Shown: piece after piece, positions 1 through 9,712 of the stretch
Layout of the letters: each line of letters starts with the position of its first letter
Position numbering within the stretch: position 1 is the first letter of the stretch
Origin: Candidatus Latescibacterota bacterium
Lineage (GTDB): Bacteria; Latescibacterota; UBA2968; GCA-2709665
Direction: 5' to 3'
Assembly: GCA_965222075.1 (NCBI GenBank)
Contig: OZ244937.1
Location: forward strand, 2,144,001 to 2,208,000
Length of the DNA stretch: 64,000 nt
Made by a program: the position numbers and the translations under genes
The notes under the pieces: model-generated
Database searches by the model: none
What the model saw: the letters and a program-made list of their open reading frames with translations, nothing else
What the model was told of the DNA's origin: nothing

Positions 1-669
1 TCCCCGGGCGCCACGGCCTACCGCCTCTACCGCGGCGCAGATGCCGACACCCTCGCCTCTTTGATCGACGGCCTGACCCGCACCGCCTACCTCGACACCG
101 GCCTCACCCGGAACCGCCTCTACCACTACGCGGTCTCCGCACGCCTGCCCGGCGGCCGTGAGGTCCGATCTTCTACCGTCTCCGTCCGCCCCAACCGCCC
201 CCCCGAACTCATACGCCTTGCAACCCTCGGCCCCAGCCAGCTCGCCCTCACCTTCAACGAACCGATGCGCCCTCCCACCCCCGACGGCTACACCGTCGCC
301 CCGGACCTGGGCCGCCCCACCTCGGCGATCCGCGACCGTGAAAACCGGCGCATCATCCTCACCTTCCGCACCCCTTTCGTCTCCGAAACCACGTACACCC
401 TCACACTCAACACCCCAGCCGACACCTCCGGCGTCCCCCTCGCCGCCGATTTCCGGCGCATCGACTTCCGCCCCGACCATCCCCTCTCCCCTTCCGCGCG
501 CATCGCCGACTTCGACGGAGACGGCCGCGTCGCCTTGCCTGACTTCGTCCGCTTCGCCAGCGCCTTCGGCACCGCCGACCCGGTATTCGACCTCGACGGA
601 GACGGCCGCGTCGCCTTCTCCGACTTCGTCCGCTTTGCCAGCTTCTTCGGGCAGACCGTCAGACTCTAA
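1..669 (+). CDS. 5'-truncated secreted-type protein: Fn3/Ig-like region plus C-terminal twin EF-hand/dockerin-like repeat
   Basis: Frame is open from base 1 (SPGATAYRLYRG...YHYAVSA). Ends with two DFDGDGRV..DFVRFA..FG repeats at an 81-bp period. Confidence 0.75.
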   Translation, partial: SPGATAYRLYRGADADTLASLIDGLTRTAYLDTGLTRNRLYHYAVSARLPGGREVRSSTVSVRPNRPPELIRLATLGPSQLALTFNEPMRPPTPDGYTVAPDLGRPTSAIRDRENRRIILTFRTPFVSETTYTLTLNTPADTSGVPLAADFRRIDFRPDHPLSPSARIADFDGDGRVALPDFVRFASAFGTADPVFDLDGDGRVAFSDFVRFASFFGQTVRL

Positions 670-675
670 AACCTG

Positions 676-704
676 TTGACACGTCTCTTTCTGCAACGTA
701 CCAT
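676..704 (+). promoter_or_regulatory. sigma70-type promoter
   Basis: TTGACA-17 bp-TACCAT upstream of the gene run starting at 831. Confidence 0.55.
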
Positions 705-830
705 ATCGTGGTTGCCTGCCGCTACATCCGAATGTATAAACCTCTGGAGTAAACACGTGGCTGATGAGGTTCAATTAAGAATTATTGTTCACCTGTGGTT
801 TTTTTTCAGATAAATGAAAGGAAGCATAAT

Positions 831-1685
831 ATGAAAAGAGCATGGACCTGGTCCACAACCGGATATTCATTTGCGGGCAAATCTCACGGTGAGACGCACG
901 AAATCTGCAAAGCCGCCGGCCTGGCCGGTATCGAAGGCGCCCCGCCCCTCTTTGAGGGAAAAACCGATACCGAACTAAGAGCCGTTGGGAAAGCGTATCG
1001 GGACGCCGGACTCTTCATCGAAACCTTCCACCTCCCCTTCTCGAGAGAAGACGACATCGCCTCGTTTTACGACACGGTTCGGCAGCAGGCCGTGGACAAA
1101 GCCCTGCTCTGGATGGAACGCGCCGCCCTCCTGGGATCTACCGTCGGCATCCAGCACCCCACCACCAGCCAGTACAGCGTGGACACCGAAGGCCTCGACA
1201 CCTACCTGCGGCAACTCGGCAAAAGCCTCAACACCCTCCTCCCCGCAGCCGAAAAACTCGGCTTTACGGTCGCCCTTGAAAACATGCTCCCCTCCGGCGG
1301 CGGGCGGCTCGCCTCCAGGCCGGAGCACTTCGAGCGGTTTATCGAGGAATTCGGGCACCCCAACCTGGGCTTCTGCTTGGATACCGGGCACGCCTTAGTG
1401 GCGGGCGGCCCTGAAGGCGCCGATGAATTCTTCGCCGTGATGGCCCCGCACATCTCGGCCTTTCACCTGGCCGACAACGCCGGTGACCGCGACTCTCACC
1501 TCGCCCCGGGGCGCGGCCTGGTCGACTGGACAAAGGTCTTCCGCCGGGCTGCGGAACTCGGCTACAGCAACACCATGTGCATCGAAACCCCGCCCTTTGC
1601 GCACGGCCCCAACTACAGCCTGGACGCCTGGGCGCAGCTTGTTGCCGAAACCGACGCCCTGGCGGAAAACGCGCTGAAAGGCTAA
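831..1685 (+). CDS. Sugar phosphate isomerase/epimerase (xylose isomerase-like TIM barrel)
   Basis: ALEN, CLDTGH, FHLADN..DSHL.PG.G and IE motifs; ATG 831 follows an AAGGA RBS. Confidence 0.8.
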   Translation: MKRAWTWSTTGYSFAGKSHGETHEICKAAGLAGIEGAPPLFEGKTDTELRAVGKAYRDAGLFIETFHLPFSREDDIASFYDTVRQQAVDKALLWMERAALLGSTVGIQHPTTSQYSVDTEGLDTYLRQLGKSLNTLLPAAEKLGFTVALENMLPSGGGRLASRPEHFERFIEEFGHPNLGFCLDTGHALVAGGPEGADEFFAVMAPHISAFHLADNAGDRDSHLAPGRGLVDWTKVFRRAAELGYSNTMCIETPPFAHGPNYSLDAWAQLVAETDALAENALKG

Positions 1686-1725
1686 TCCTGGAGGTTTTAA
1701 GACAGCTTCTCAAGGACGCAATCCA

Positions 1726-2517
1726 ATGGCCTGGCATGAAAAATACGGTCCCTGGGCCCTGGTCACCGGCGCCTCGTCCGGGCTGGGCGCCGAATTCGTC
1801 CGGCAGCTTGCCGCCAGAGGCCTGAACATCGTCCTCGCCGCCCGGCGGAAGGAGCCCATGGACGTCCTGGCGGACAGGGTCGGGCAGGCCCATTCGGTCC
1901 GGACCCGCGTCATTCCGGTCGATCTCACGGCCAAAGGCGGCTGCAACAGGCTCATCGAAGAGACACACGACCTCGAAATCGGCCTCCTGATCAACAATGC
2001 CGGCTACGGCATGTCAGGCCAATACCACGCCCTCGACCCGGACCGCCAGGTCAGCATGACCGTCCTGAACTGCGTCGTTCCCGTCCTCCTCACCAACCAC
2101 TACCTGCCCCTCATGCTCGACCGGGGCCGGGGCGGCCTCATCTTCCTCGCCTCAACCGCCGCGTACCAGCCCACACCTTATCTGAGCACGTACGGCGCAA
2201 CCAAAGCATTCAACCTGATGCTGGGAGAATGCCTCTGGAAAGAATATCGCAAAATGGGCGTCGACAGCCTCGCCCTCTCTCCCGGGTTCACCCGGACCGA
2301 ATTCACGCGGGTCGCCAACATAGAAGACGCCGGCCCCTTCAGAGAAGCCACTCCCGAAGCCGTCGTGGCAACCGCCCTGCGGAAACTGGGCAAATACCCC
2401 TCCGTCGTCCACGGCCTGCTCAACAAAATCCTGACCTTTTCCGTCCGCATCCTTCCCCGCAGAACCGTCCTCGCCATCACCGGTGCCGCCCTCAAAGGGA
2501 GGACCAGAACCGCATGA
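1726..2517 (+). CDS. Short-chain dehydrogenase/reductase
   Basis: TGASSGLG, NNAG and YGATK motifs. Confidence 0.9.
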   Translation: MAWHEKYGPWALVTGASSGLGAEFVRQLAARGLNIVLAARRKEPMDVLADRVGQAHSVRTRVIPVDLTAKGGCNRLIEETHDLEIGLLINNAGYGMSGQYHALDPDRQVSMTVLNCVVPVLLTNHYLPLMLDRGRGGLIFLASTAAYQPTPYLSTYGATKAFNLMLGECLWKEYRKMGVDSLALSPGFTRTEFTRVANIEDAGPFREATPEAVVATALRKLGKYPSVVHGLLNKILTFSVRILPRRTVLAITGAALKGRTRTA

Positions 2518-3629
2518 CACACATCGTCTGCAACACCTGCAAGACCCCCTATTCTCTCGTTGACCCCCGCTGGAAATGCGACTGCGGCGCTCCTCTGGAC
2601 ATCCACTTTCAAGCCGCCTTCGACACAGACGCCATCCGGGAGCGAAAACCGACCATGTGGCGCTACCGGGAGGCGCTGCCCATCCAAAAAGACGAACACA
2701 TCGTCTCCTTCGATGAAGGCTTTACGCCCCTCCTCAAAACCGAAATCAACGGAAAGCCCGTCCGGATCAAACCGGAAAACCTCTTTCTCACCGGCTCGTT
2801 CAAAGACCGGGGCGCCTCGCTCCTCATCAGCAGGGCAAAAGAACTGGGCATCTGCAAAATCGTCGAAGACTCCTCCGGCAACGCCGGCGCCGCCGTAGCC
2901 GCCTACGCCGCCCGGGCGGGCATCGCCTGTGACATCTACGTCCCGGAAGCCACCTCACCCGCCAAGCTGGCCCAGATCCGGATGTACGGGGCTGCCCTCC
3001 ACAAAATCCCCGGCTCCCGGGAAAACACGGCCCGTGCGGCAATGGAAGCGGCGGAACACCACTTTTACGCCAGCCACGTCTGGAACCCCTTCTTCTTCCA
3101 GGGCACCAAAACCTATGCCTTCGAAATCTGGGAACAGCTCGGCTTCACCGCTCCCGACACCCTCCTCGTGCCCACCGGCCACGGCACCCTCCTGATCGGC
3201 GCCTACCTGGGCTTCCGCGACCTCCTGAACCGGGATCTCATCCCCGGGCTCCCAAAGCTCGTCGCCGTCCAGGCGGCCAACTGCGCCCCCCTCTACCGGA
3301 TGTGGCGGGACCAGCTGGCGGATGTTCCCCCCATTGAATCCAGCGGCACCGTTGCCGAGGGCATCGCCATTGCAGAGCCTTCCAGGGCCGCGCAAATCCT
3401 GGACATCCTCCACGACACCGGCGGAGAGGTGCTTTCGGTGACCGAAGATGAAATTGAAACCGCACTCGTTGATTTCTGTAAACAGGGCTGGTACATCGAA
3501 CCCACCTCGGCCACGGCCATTGCCGCCGTCGGGAAATACCCCATCTCAGAGGGAGAAACCGTCGTTGCCCCTCTGACGGGCCACGGTCTGAAATCGACCG
3601 AGAAACTTCTCAAACTGGTGGAAGCGTAA
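2514..3629 (+). CDS. thrC: Threonine synthase (PLP fold II, N-terminal Zn-ribbon)
   Basis: TGSFKDRG, DSSGNAG, EPTSA and LTGHGLK motifs; ATG 2514 overlaps the SDR stop (ATGA). Confidence 0.8.
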   Translation: MTHIVCNTCKTPYSLVDPRWKCDCGAPLDIHFQAAFDTDAIRERKPTMWRYREALPIQKDEHIVSFDEGFTPLLKTEINGKPVRIKPENLFLTGSFKDRGASLLISRAKELGICKIVEDSSGNAGAAVAAYAARAGIACDIYVPEATSPAKLAQIRMYGAALHKIPGSRENTARAAMEAAEHHFYASHVWNPFFFQGTKTYAFEIWEQLGFTAPDTLLVPTGHGTLLIGAYLGFRDLLNRDLIPGLPKLVAVQAANCAPLYRMWRDQLADVPPIESSGTVAEGIAIAEPSRAAQILDILHDTGGEVLSVTEDEIETALVDFCKQGWYIEPTSATAIAAVGKYPISEGETVVAPLTGHGLKSTEKLLKLVEA

Positions 3630-3704
3630 GCTGTTCGAAGGTTTTGAAAACAAACAAAGGCGGCCAGCATGGCCGCCACAAAAAGAATTGGAAAGGATTG
3701 ATCT

Positions 3705-4193
3705 ATGACAAACGCACCTTCTCTCCTCGTTTACCTCTCCGGACACATCCACGGCGGCTGGCGCGACCGGATACGTCACATGTGTGAGGGAAAGGGCCTT
3801 TCAATCGCCTTCAAAGGCCCCTGTGAGGACCACGCCCGCAGCGACAACATCGGCGTTGAAATCCGGGGCCTGGGGGAAAGCGACATCGGTTCCGCCGACT
3901 ATTTCCCCAGGGTCAAGGACGACCTGGGGGGCAGGGTCAACAACCTGCGCACGCAGGTCTGGATCGCCCGGTGCGACCTGCTCATCGCCTTCTTCGATCA
4001 GGAACACGGCAACTACCGCCAGTGGAACACCTCCAGCGACATCGGCGAAGCGGCCCGGTACAACAAACCCGTCATCGTCGTCCACGGCCCCGGGTTCCGG
4101 CACGCCTTGAAAGAACTCGACGGCCGCGCCGACCTGGTCGTGGATTCTCTCGAACAGGCAGTGGAAGCCCTCGCCTACATCTGTGGAGACTGA
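3705..4193 (+). CDS. YtoQ-family / nucleoside 2-deoxyribosyltransferase-like protein
   Basis: VYLSG.IH..WR, YRQWNT..D and HALKE motifs. Confidence 0.7.
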   Translation: MTNAPSLLVYLSGHIHGGWRDRIRHMCEGKGLSIAFKGPCEDHARSDNIGVEIRGLGESDIGSADYFPRVKDDLGGRVNNLRTQVWIARCDLLIAFFDQEHGNYRQWNTSSDIGEAARYNKPVIVVHGPGFRHALKELDGRADLVVDSLEQAVEALAYICGD

Positions 4194-4196
4194 AAA

Positions 4197-4784
4197 ATGG
4201 CGATCCGGCAGGTCTGCGTCTACGCTGCATCCAGTGACAAGTGCCACGCCAGCTATCTGGGCGCCGCCGAGCGCCTGGGCAGGCACCTCGCCCAAAACGG
4301 CCTTGGCATTGTCTACGGCGGCGGCGCCTGCGGCCTGATGGGACGTCTCGCACAGGGCGCCCTCTCAGAAGGCGGGAAGGTCATCGGGGTCATCCCCCGG
4401 TTTATGGAAGAGGTGGAATGGGGCCACACGGGCCTCACCGAACTGCGCGTGGTGGACGACATCCACCAGCGAAAGCGGACCATGCTGGAAGCCTCCGACG
4501 CGGTGGTGGCCCTGCCCGGGGGCTGCGGTACCCTGGAGGAACTCTTTGAAGCCATTGCCTGGAAGCGCCTGGGGCTCTACACCAACCCGATCGCCATCGT
4601 CAACACCAACGGTTTCTACAACCCCTGTGTGGAACTCCTGGAGCGCTGTATCTCCGAGCGGTTCATGAACCCGGGGCACAGCGCCATCTGGACCCTGGTC
4701 GACGCTCCCGAAGAAGTCGTTCCGGCCCTCCGGTCGGCTTCCCCCTGGAGCAAAAACGCCATCCGCTCCGCGGCCGTCCAATAA
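4197..4784 (+). CDS. LOG-family nucleotide monophosphate phosphoribohydrolase (TIGR00730-type)
   Basis: VYGGG..GLMG, RK..M and PGG.GT.EE motifs. Confidence 0.9.
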   Translation: MAIRQVCVYAASSDKCHASYLGAAERLGRHLAQNGLGIVYGGGACGLMGRLAQGALSEGGKVIGVIPRFMEEVEWGHTGLTELRVVDDIHQRKRTMLEASDAVVALPGGCGTLEELFEAIAWKRLGLYTNPIAIVNTNGFYNPCVELLERCISERFMNPGHSAIWTLVDAPEEVVPALRSASPWSKNAIRSAAVQ

Positions 4785-4861
4785 GCTTTGCAGTGTCTGC
4801 CTGTACACAGCAAGCGGATTTTGACGCCTGCTTCGCCCTCATCGCCTTCACCCGTCCGATC

Positions 4862-4883
4862 AAAAAAGGGGACCGAAGTCCCC
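4862..4883 (-). terminator. Rho-independent terminator
   Basis: GGGGAC-TTCG-GTCCCC followed by T6 on the minus strand, downstream of the 6294-4927 gene. Confidence 0.75.
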
Positions 4884-4926
4884 GCTTACAGACCCATCCA
4901 CCCCTCCGCCTCTGTATTCCGTCTTT

Positions 4927-6294
4927 TTACTTCTCCTGCTTTTTTTCTTTCCGACTGTCTCGATAATCGAGCTGAACCAGCTTCTTCAGGGCCTTAATCT
5001 CTTCATCCAGCGCATCGATCTTTTCATTTTGCAGAACCACCAGATCGGCATAGACCTGCGCCCGTTCCTCCTGGTTCAGGATCGTCTGTCGCAGGTCCTC
5101 CACCCGTTTTAACAGCGCCTCTGTCGATTCCACGGCCGGCAGCCTGGGACCTTCCCTTCCAAAGGTCTCAAATCGCTTTTGAAACGCCTCGTCCACCTCT
5201 GCCTGTTTCTGTTCGGCCTCCTCTATCGACCTGAGCAAGGGCCGCTTTTCAACCGCATACTTCAGCACCGAATCAAATCCCACATCCGGCTTTCGCCGAC
5301 GGTAAACCGGCCGATCCATCCGGGAAGCCCGGCGGCGGCGGTAGACCAGCCCCAGCCCGATCAGAAACACCAGCGATCCAACCGCAAGCCCTGGCAGAAG
5401 GTAGGTGGTGTCCTTGAAAAGGGACTCCACCCACATACGATGCGCTGGCGCTGTCAGCGCCTCCGCATTGGCCTCACCGGCCTGCACCAATGAATCCGCC
5501 CGGGCCTTGAGAATCGCATCGATATAGCGCTTCGCCTCCATCCGGGGCCGCTTCCCCCTCAATGCCTTTCGGAAATGGCCCAGGGCCTCGCGCTCATCCC
5601 CTTTTCCCTTCAGCAGCTTGGCCAGTTCAAAGTGGGCAGCCCCATCCTCCGGGTGGGCCGCCAGCGCCTGCTGAAACGCCTCGATCGCCTCATCAATCCG
5701 CTGTTCAGCCGCATAATCCAGCCCCTGCCGGTAAAAGTCCACACGCGGCTCGGGCTTCTCCTGGGGCGCAGGTGGATCAACCGGCCTGTGGATCACCAGA
5801 TCCTCCCGGATCCACCCCCGCCGGCCATCCGGCAGAATCGCCAGGTACCAGTTATTGCGCTTCCGGTCCAGGCGGAGCATGTCCCCCCGCGCCACCGTGC
5901 CGATCTTATCCGAAGTCTCCGTGGCGCTTTTACGCACATTCGCTCTTGATGGCCTCACCTCCAGCAGATCCCGGGCGGTCCCCTCCTCCACATAACGGCT
6001 GGATATCCAGGCCATCCGCCCGTCCGGCAAAACCACCTGATACCAGTTGCCCCGCTTCCCAATGCGCTTCATCCGGGTCCCACGGGCCATCCACCGGATA
6101 AAGGTGTCTTTGCCGTCCTTTTGAAACATCGGAGCGGTGCGCACCCTCACCCGATCCGTCCCCACCACCCGCACAATCGGGTCTCCCTGGCGCAGCTGCG
6201 CCCAGGCGCTACCCAAAAGCAGCAATCCAACCCCCAGATATCCAAGCGCTCCGGGCACGCTACGCACCCAGGCTTTCAACGTTCCGCCTCTCAT
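4927..6294 (-). CDS. Membrane protein with two bacterial SH3 domains, TPR repeat, TM helix and coiled-coil tail
   Basis: Two 'NWY.V.LPDGR..WI' repeats, a TPR-like AIEAFQQAL..HP segment, a hydrophobic helix followed by RRRR. Confidence 0.75.
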   Translation of the reverse strand: MRGGTLKAWVRSVPGALGYLGVGLLLLGSAWAQLRQGDPIVRVVGTDRVRVRTAPMFQKDGKDTFIRWMARGTRMKRIGKRGNWYQVVLPDGRMAWISSRYVEEGTARDLLEVRPSRANVRKSATETSDKIGTVARGDMLRLDRKRNNWYLAILPDGRRGWIREDLVIHRPVDPPAPQEKPEPRVDFYRQGLDYAAEQRIDEAIEAFQQALAAHPEDGAAHFELAKLLKGKGDEREALGHFRKALRGKRPRMEAKRYIDAILKARADSLVQAGEANAEALTAPAHRMWVESLFKDTTYLLPGLAVGSLVFLIGLGLVYRRRRASRMDRPVYRRRKPDVGFDSVLKYAVEKRPLLRSIEEAEQKQAEVDEAFQKRFETFGREGPRLPAVESTEALLKRVEDLRQTILNQEERAQVYADLVVLQNEKIDALDEEIKALKKLVQLDYRDSRKEKKQEK

Positions 6295-6351
6295 CTGAAC
6301 GCCTCTGCCGCATCAAAACGAGCGCAATCCACAATCCGCATTCCGCAATCC

Positions 6352-6696
6352 CTATCCCGGCGGCCAGCGCATCGCTCGCCCCCCCAGGACGTGCAAATGG
6401 ATGTGAAAAACCGTCTGGCCTCCATCCGCGTTACAGTTGGCCACCAGCCGGTACCCGGATGCCGCAATACCGGTCTCCCGGGCAACCTGGTTGCCCACCA
6501 GCAGCCACTTCCCCACAAGCGACGCATCCTCTTCCTTCAGATCTGTCAGACGGGCGATATGCCGTTTGGGAATCACCAGAATGTGGGTCGGGGCCTGCCC
6601 GTTGATATCCTCAAATGCCAGGAACTGGTCGTCCTCATAGACCACCTGAGCCGAAATCTCCCCCGCCACGATCTTGCAAAAAATACAATCCGACAT
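6352..6696 (-). CDS. hinT: Histidine triad (HIT/HinT) nucleotide-binding protein
   Basis: MSDCIFCKI...HIHLHVLGGR..WPPG. Confidence 0.9.
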   Translation of the reverse strand: MSDCIFCKIVAGEISAQVVYEDDQFLAFEDINGQAPTHILVIPKRHIARLTDLKEEDASLVGKWLLVGNQVARETGIAASGYRLVANCNADGGQTVFHIHLHVLGGRAMRWPPG

Positions 6697-6724
6697 CTCG
6701 CCTCTCCTCTCAATATCACCCCAG

Positions 6725-7648
6725 TCACGGGTTCCCCCCCACCGCCTTTGGCCTCGCAACAATACACACCCACTCCCCGTCCCGAAGCACCTCCTCCACC
6801 GCCAGACCGGCCTCCCCTACCGCCCCCAAAAACCCCGCTTCTTCCCGGACCAGCACCCCGCCCAGAATCAACCGCCCCGACGCCTTCAGATGCGCCTTCA
6901 AATCCGGCAGCATTGGCATCAGCACCTTGCTGATCATATTGGCCACCACGAAGTCGAAGATGCCCTCCACGGCCGACACCGACCCCCTGTAGAGATCAAT
7001 GCGCTCCCCAACGGCGTTGAGCGAAGCGTTTTCGCGGGCATTCTCGACCGCCTGTGGATCGGTATCCACAGCGGTCACCCCGCCGGCCCCCAATTTGGCG
7101 GCTGCAATGCTCAATATGCCCGACCCTGTCCCGACATCCAGTACCCGATCTCCAGCCTGCACCCTTTGCTCCATCGCCTGCAGGGCCATTCGGGTCGTCT
7201 CGTGGTGGCCCGTGCCAAAGGCCGTCTTCGGTTCAACCACAACCGTAAATCCCCCCTCAGGATCGGGCACCCGATCCCACGGGGGACACACAGCCATGCG
7301 CGGCGTGGGATAAATCGGCCGGAAATGCTGCCGCCAGGCTGTTGCCCAGTCTTCCTGGGGTACCTCCGCCACACCGATGCGGACCTCCCCAAGCCCCTCA
7401 GCCTGCGGCCCATCGGACCTTGCCAAACCATTTAACCCGCTCCGCAGGGCTCCCACCACCTGTTCCCGGTCCTCGCGTGCTGGAAAATAGGCCGTCAGGC
7501 GCACACACGGGGCATCCATTCCATCCTCAACCTGCAGTCCGGAACTCCCCAGGTCGAACAGCATCCCGCACACAGGGTCCGACAGATCGGACGGGATCTC
7601 CAAAGAGAGCTGAAACCAGGCGTCCAAAGTCCTGAAGTCTCCAGGCAT
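6725..7648 (-). CDS. prmA: Ribosomal protein L11 methyltransferase
   Basis: AFGTG.HETT and VLDVGTGSGIL motifs; typical position after dnaJ. Start codon uncertain. Confidence 0.9.
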   Translation of the reverse strand: MPGDFRTLDAWFQLSLEIPSDLSDPVCGMLFDLGSSGLQVEDGMDAPCVRLTAYFPAREDREQVVGALRSGLNGLARSDGPQAEGLGEVRIGVAEVPQEDWATAWRQHFRPIYPTPRMAVCPPWDRVPDPEGGFTVVVEPKTAFGTGHHETTRMALQAMEQRVQAGDRVLDVGTGSGILSIAAAKLGAGGVTAVDTDPQAVENARENASLNAVGERIDLYRGSVSAVEGIFDFVVANMISKVLMPMLPDLKAHLKASGRLILGGVLVREEAGFLGAVGEAGLAVEEVLRDGEWVCIVARPKAVGGNP

Positions 7649-7774
7649 TAACGCGTCTCGCCTCCCGCGCCTTCGGGGCGGGGGGAAGGGGCTTTTCCGC
7701 GCAGATCCCCCCAGCACCATCGCCCAGGAACGCCCAAAAGGTCCGCAGGGCAGAAACGCCTGCTTCCACCACTC

Positions 7775-7806
7775 AAAAAAAAAGCCAGCCATTCTCAATA
7801 GCCGGC
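7775..7806 (-). terminator. Rho-independent terminator after dnaJ
   Basis: GCCGGCTATT-GAG-AATGGCTGGC followed by T9 on the minus strand. Confidence 0.7.
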
Positions 7807-7844
7807 CATTGGATTTCTTGAAGTTCAAACGCTCCACCCCTTTT

Positions 7845-8999
7845 CTACCCGCCCAGGGCCTCCTTCATACGTTCAAAAAGCCCCTTTCCACCCGCCGGAG
7901 GCTGGACGTTCTCCAGCTTGGCCAGTTGCCAGAACAGTTCCTCTTCCTTCTTGTTCAGCTTGGCCGGCGTCCAGACCATCACCCGTACCAGCTGGTCCCC
8001 CGTCCGATACCCGTTCAACTCCGGGATGCCTTTCCCCCGAAGCCGGAAGATCTGTCCGGACTGCGTCCCGGCCGGGACCTTCATCTGCACCTTCCCCGCC
8101 AGGGTGAGCACCTCCACCTCGGCGCCCAGCGCCGCCTGGCTGAAACTGATTGGCAGATCGTACAGAATATCGTTGCCGTGCCGCTCAAAAAAGTCGTGCT
8201 CTGCCTCTTCAACAAAAACCAGACAGTCCCCCGCAGGCCCTCCCCGCAACCCCACACTTCCCTGCCCCTTCAGGGAGATATAATTCCCTTCGGAAATGCC
8301 CGACGGGATACTGACCGAAAGGAGCGCCATCTTCTTCACCCGGCCCTCTCCCCTGCACTCAGAGCAGGGCTCCCGGATGGTCGTTCCCTCCCCCCTGCAC
8401 TGGGGGCAGGTCGCTACGTTCACGAACTGCCCGAAAAGCGACCGCGTGGCCTGCCGCACCTGTCCCATACCGCCGCAGACCGTACAGGTCGCAGGCGGCG
8501 CCCCGGATTTTGTCCCCGCCCCCTCGCAGGTATTGCAGGTTTCCATCCGGGACAGTTTCACCTTCTTCTCCACACCACTGGCGATCTCTTCCAGGACCAG
8601 CTTGAGTCCAATCCGGAGGTCCTCGCCTTTTTGGGGGCCCCGACGCCCTCGGCTCCCGAACATATCTCCGAAGATCCCACCCCCGAAGATCTCGTCCAAA
8701 TTGGAGAAGATATCCTGAAAGTCGGCCGCACGGGTAAAATCGGTCCACTGGAAATCACCGGAGCGGTACGGCCCGCCAAGCCCCTCATGCCCGTATCGGT
8801 CGTAAATCTGACGTTTCTGTGCGTCGCCCAACACCTCGAAGGCCTCGGCGACCTCCTTGAACCGCTCCTCCGCCCCTTGATCTCCAGAATTCCGGTCGGG
8901 ATGATATTTCAGTGCCTGCTTCCGATACGCCTTTTTCAGCGCATCCCCGGTGGCGTTTCTGTCCACCCCAAGGACCTCGTAATAATCACGTCTGGCCAT
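7845..8999 (-). CDS. dnaJ: Chaperone DnaJ
   Basis: J-domain HPD, G/F-rich region, four CxxCxGxG repeats. Confidence 0.97.
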   Translation of the reverse strand: MARRDYYEVLGVDRNATGDALKKAYRKQALKYHPDRNSGDQGAEERFKEVAEAFEVLGDAQKRQIYDRYGHEGLGGPYRSGDFQWTDFTRAADFQDIFSNLDEIFGGGIFGDMFGSRGRRGPQKGEDLRIGLKLVLEEIASGVEKKVKLSRMETCNTCEGAGTKSGAPPATCTVCGGMGQVRQATRSLFGQFVNVATCPQCRGEGTTIREPCSECRGEGRVKKMALLSVSIPSGISEGNYISLKGQGSVGLRGGPAGDCLVFVEEAEHDFFERHGNDILYDLPISFSQAALGAEVEVLTLAGKVQMKVPAGTQSGQIFRLRGKGIPELNGYRTGDQLVRVMVWTPAKLNKKEEELFWQLAKLENVQPPAGGKGLFERMKEALGG

Positions 9000-9069
9000 T
9001 CACACGTCCTGGTGCGTCCAAATAACAATAGGGCCGGAACAACCTTCGGCCCTTAGAAGCTGAAAACGT

Positions 9070-9696
9070 CTAATCCTCTTCCTTCCTGGCTTTTTGTGCT
9101 GGTTCACCTACCTCCTCAGGCCTCCCCCGGCTCACCACCACCCTGGCATGCCGGATAACCTTATCGCGCAGGCAGTATCCCTTCTCCACAACCTCGGCGA
9201 CCATCCCTGCATCGTGCTCGTCCGAATCCACCTGCATCAGGGCTTCGTGGTAGTGAGGGTCAAAAGCCCGTCCCACAGCCTCAATCTCCAAAAGCCCCCG
9301 ATTGTGGAGCACCCTGGGCAGCTGCTCCATAATCATCTTGACCCCTTCGCGATAGCCCTCCGAATCGGCCCGTCCATCCTCGCTGTGAACCAGCGCCCGG
9401 TCCACAGCGTCCAAGACCGGCAAAAGGTCTCGAATCACACGTTCACTGGCCGACTGGACCAGGGCTTCGAACTCCTTATTCTTCCGCTTTTTGTAGTTCT
9501 CAAACTCCGCCGCCAGCCGCAGAAAACGGTCCTTGTAATCCTCCGCCTCCTTCCGGGCCTCCTCTAACGGATCTTCTCCAGGCTCCTCCAAAACGGCTGC
9601 CTCGATTTCCGAAGCCTCCTCCTCGGATTCTTGAGCCTGCGCTTCTGTCAGCTTTGCCTCCTCTTTTTGTTCATTCTCGATGTTGGGATTCACCAT
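9070..9696 (-). CDS. grpE: Nucleotide exchange factor GrpE
   Basis: AEFENYKKR, FDP..HEA and GY.L...VIR.ARV motifs. Confidence 0.95.
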   Translation of the reverse strand: MVNPNIENEQKEEAKLTEAQAQESEEEASEIEAAVLEEPGEDPLEEARKEAEDYKDRFLRLAAEFENYKKRKNKEFEALVQSASERVIRDLLPVLDAVDRALVHSEDGRADSEGYREGVKMIMEQLPRVLHNRGLLEIEAVGRAFDPHYHEALMQVDSDEHDAGMVAEVVEKGYCLRDKVIRHARVVVSRGRPEEVGEPAQKARKEED

Positions 9697-9712
9697 TAGC
9701 CTGCGCTTCCTC

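Noticed and set aside
2229-2513. N-terminal extensions in the ORF track (thrC, prmA, hrcA, glnA, 18473, 37397, 60652)
   Set aside because: They overlap upstream genes or non-coding DNA; downstream starts match family N-termini and RBS positions.
6327-6351. AATCCRC heptamer repeats, and similar TCAAAA repeats near 27624-27645
   Set aside because: Short low-complexity intergenic repeats with no supportable function.
7809-9056. Long antisense ORFs such as 7809-9056, 36009-37283, 40221-41783 and 42189-43511
   Set aside because: Shadows of well-supported genes on the opposite strand, expected in high-GC DNA; no motifs.
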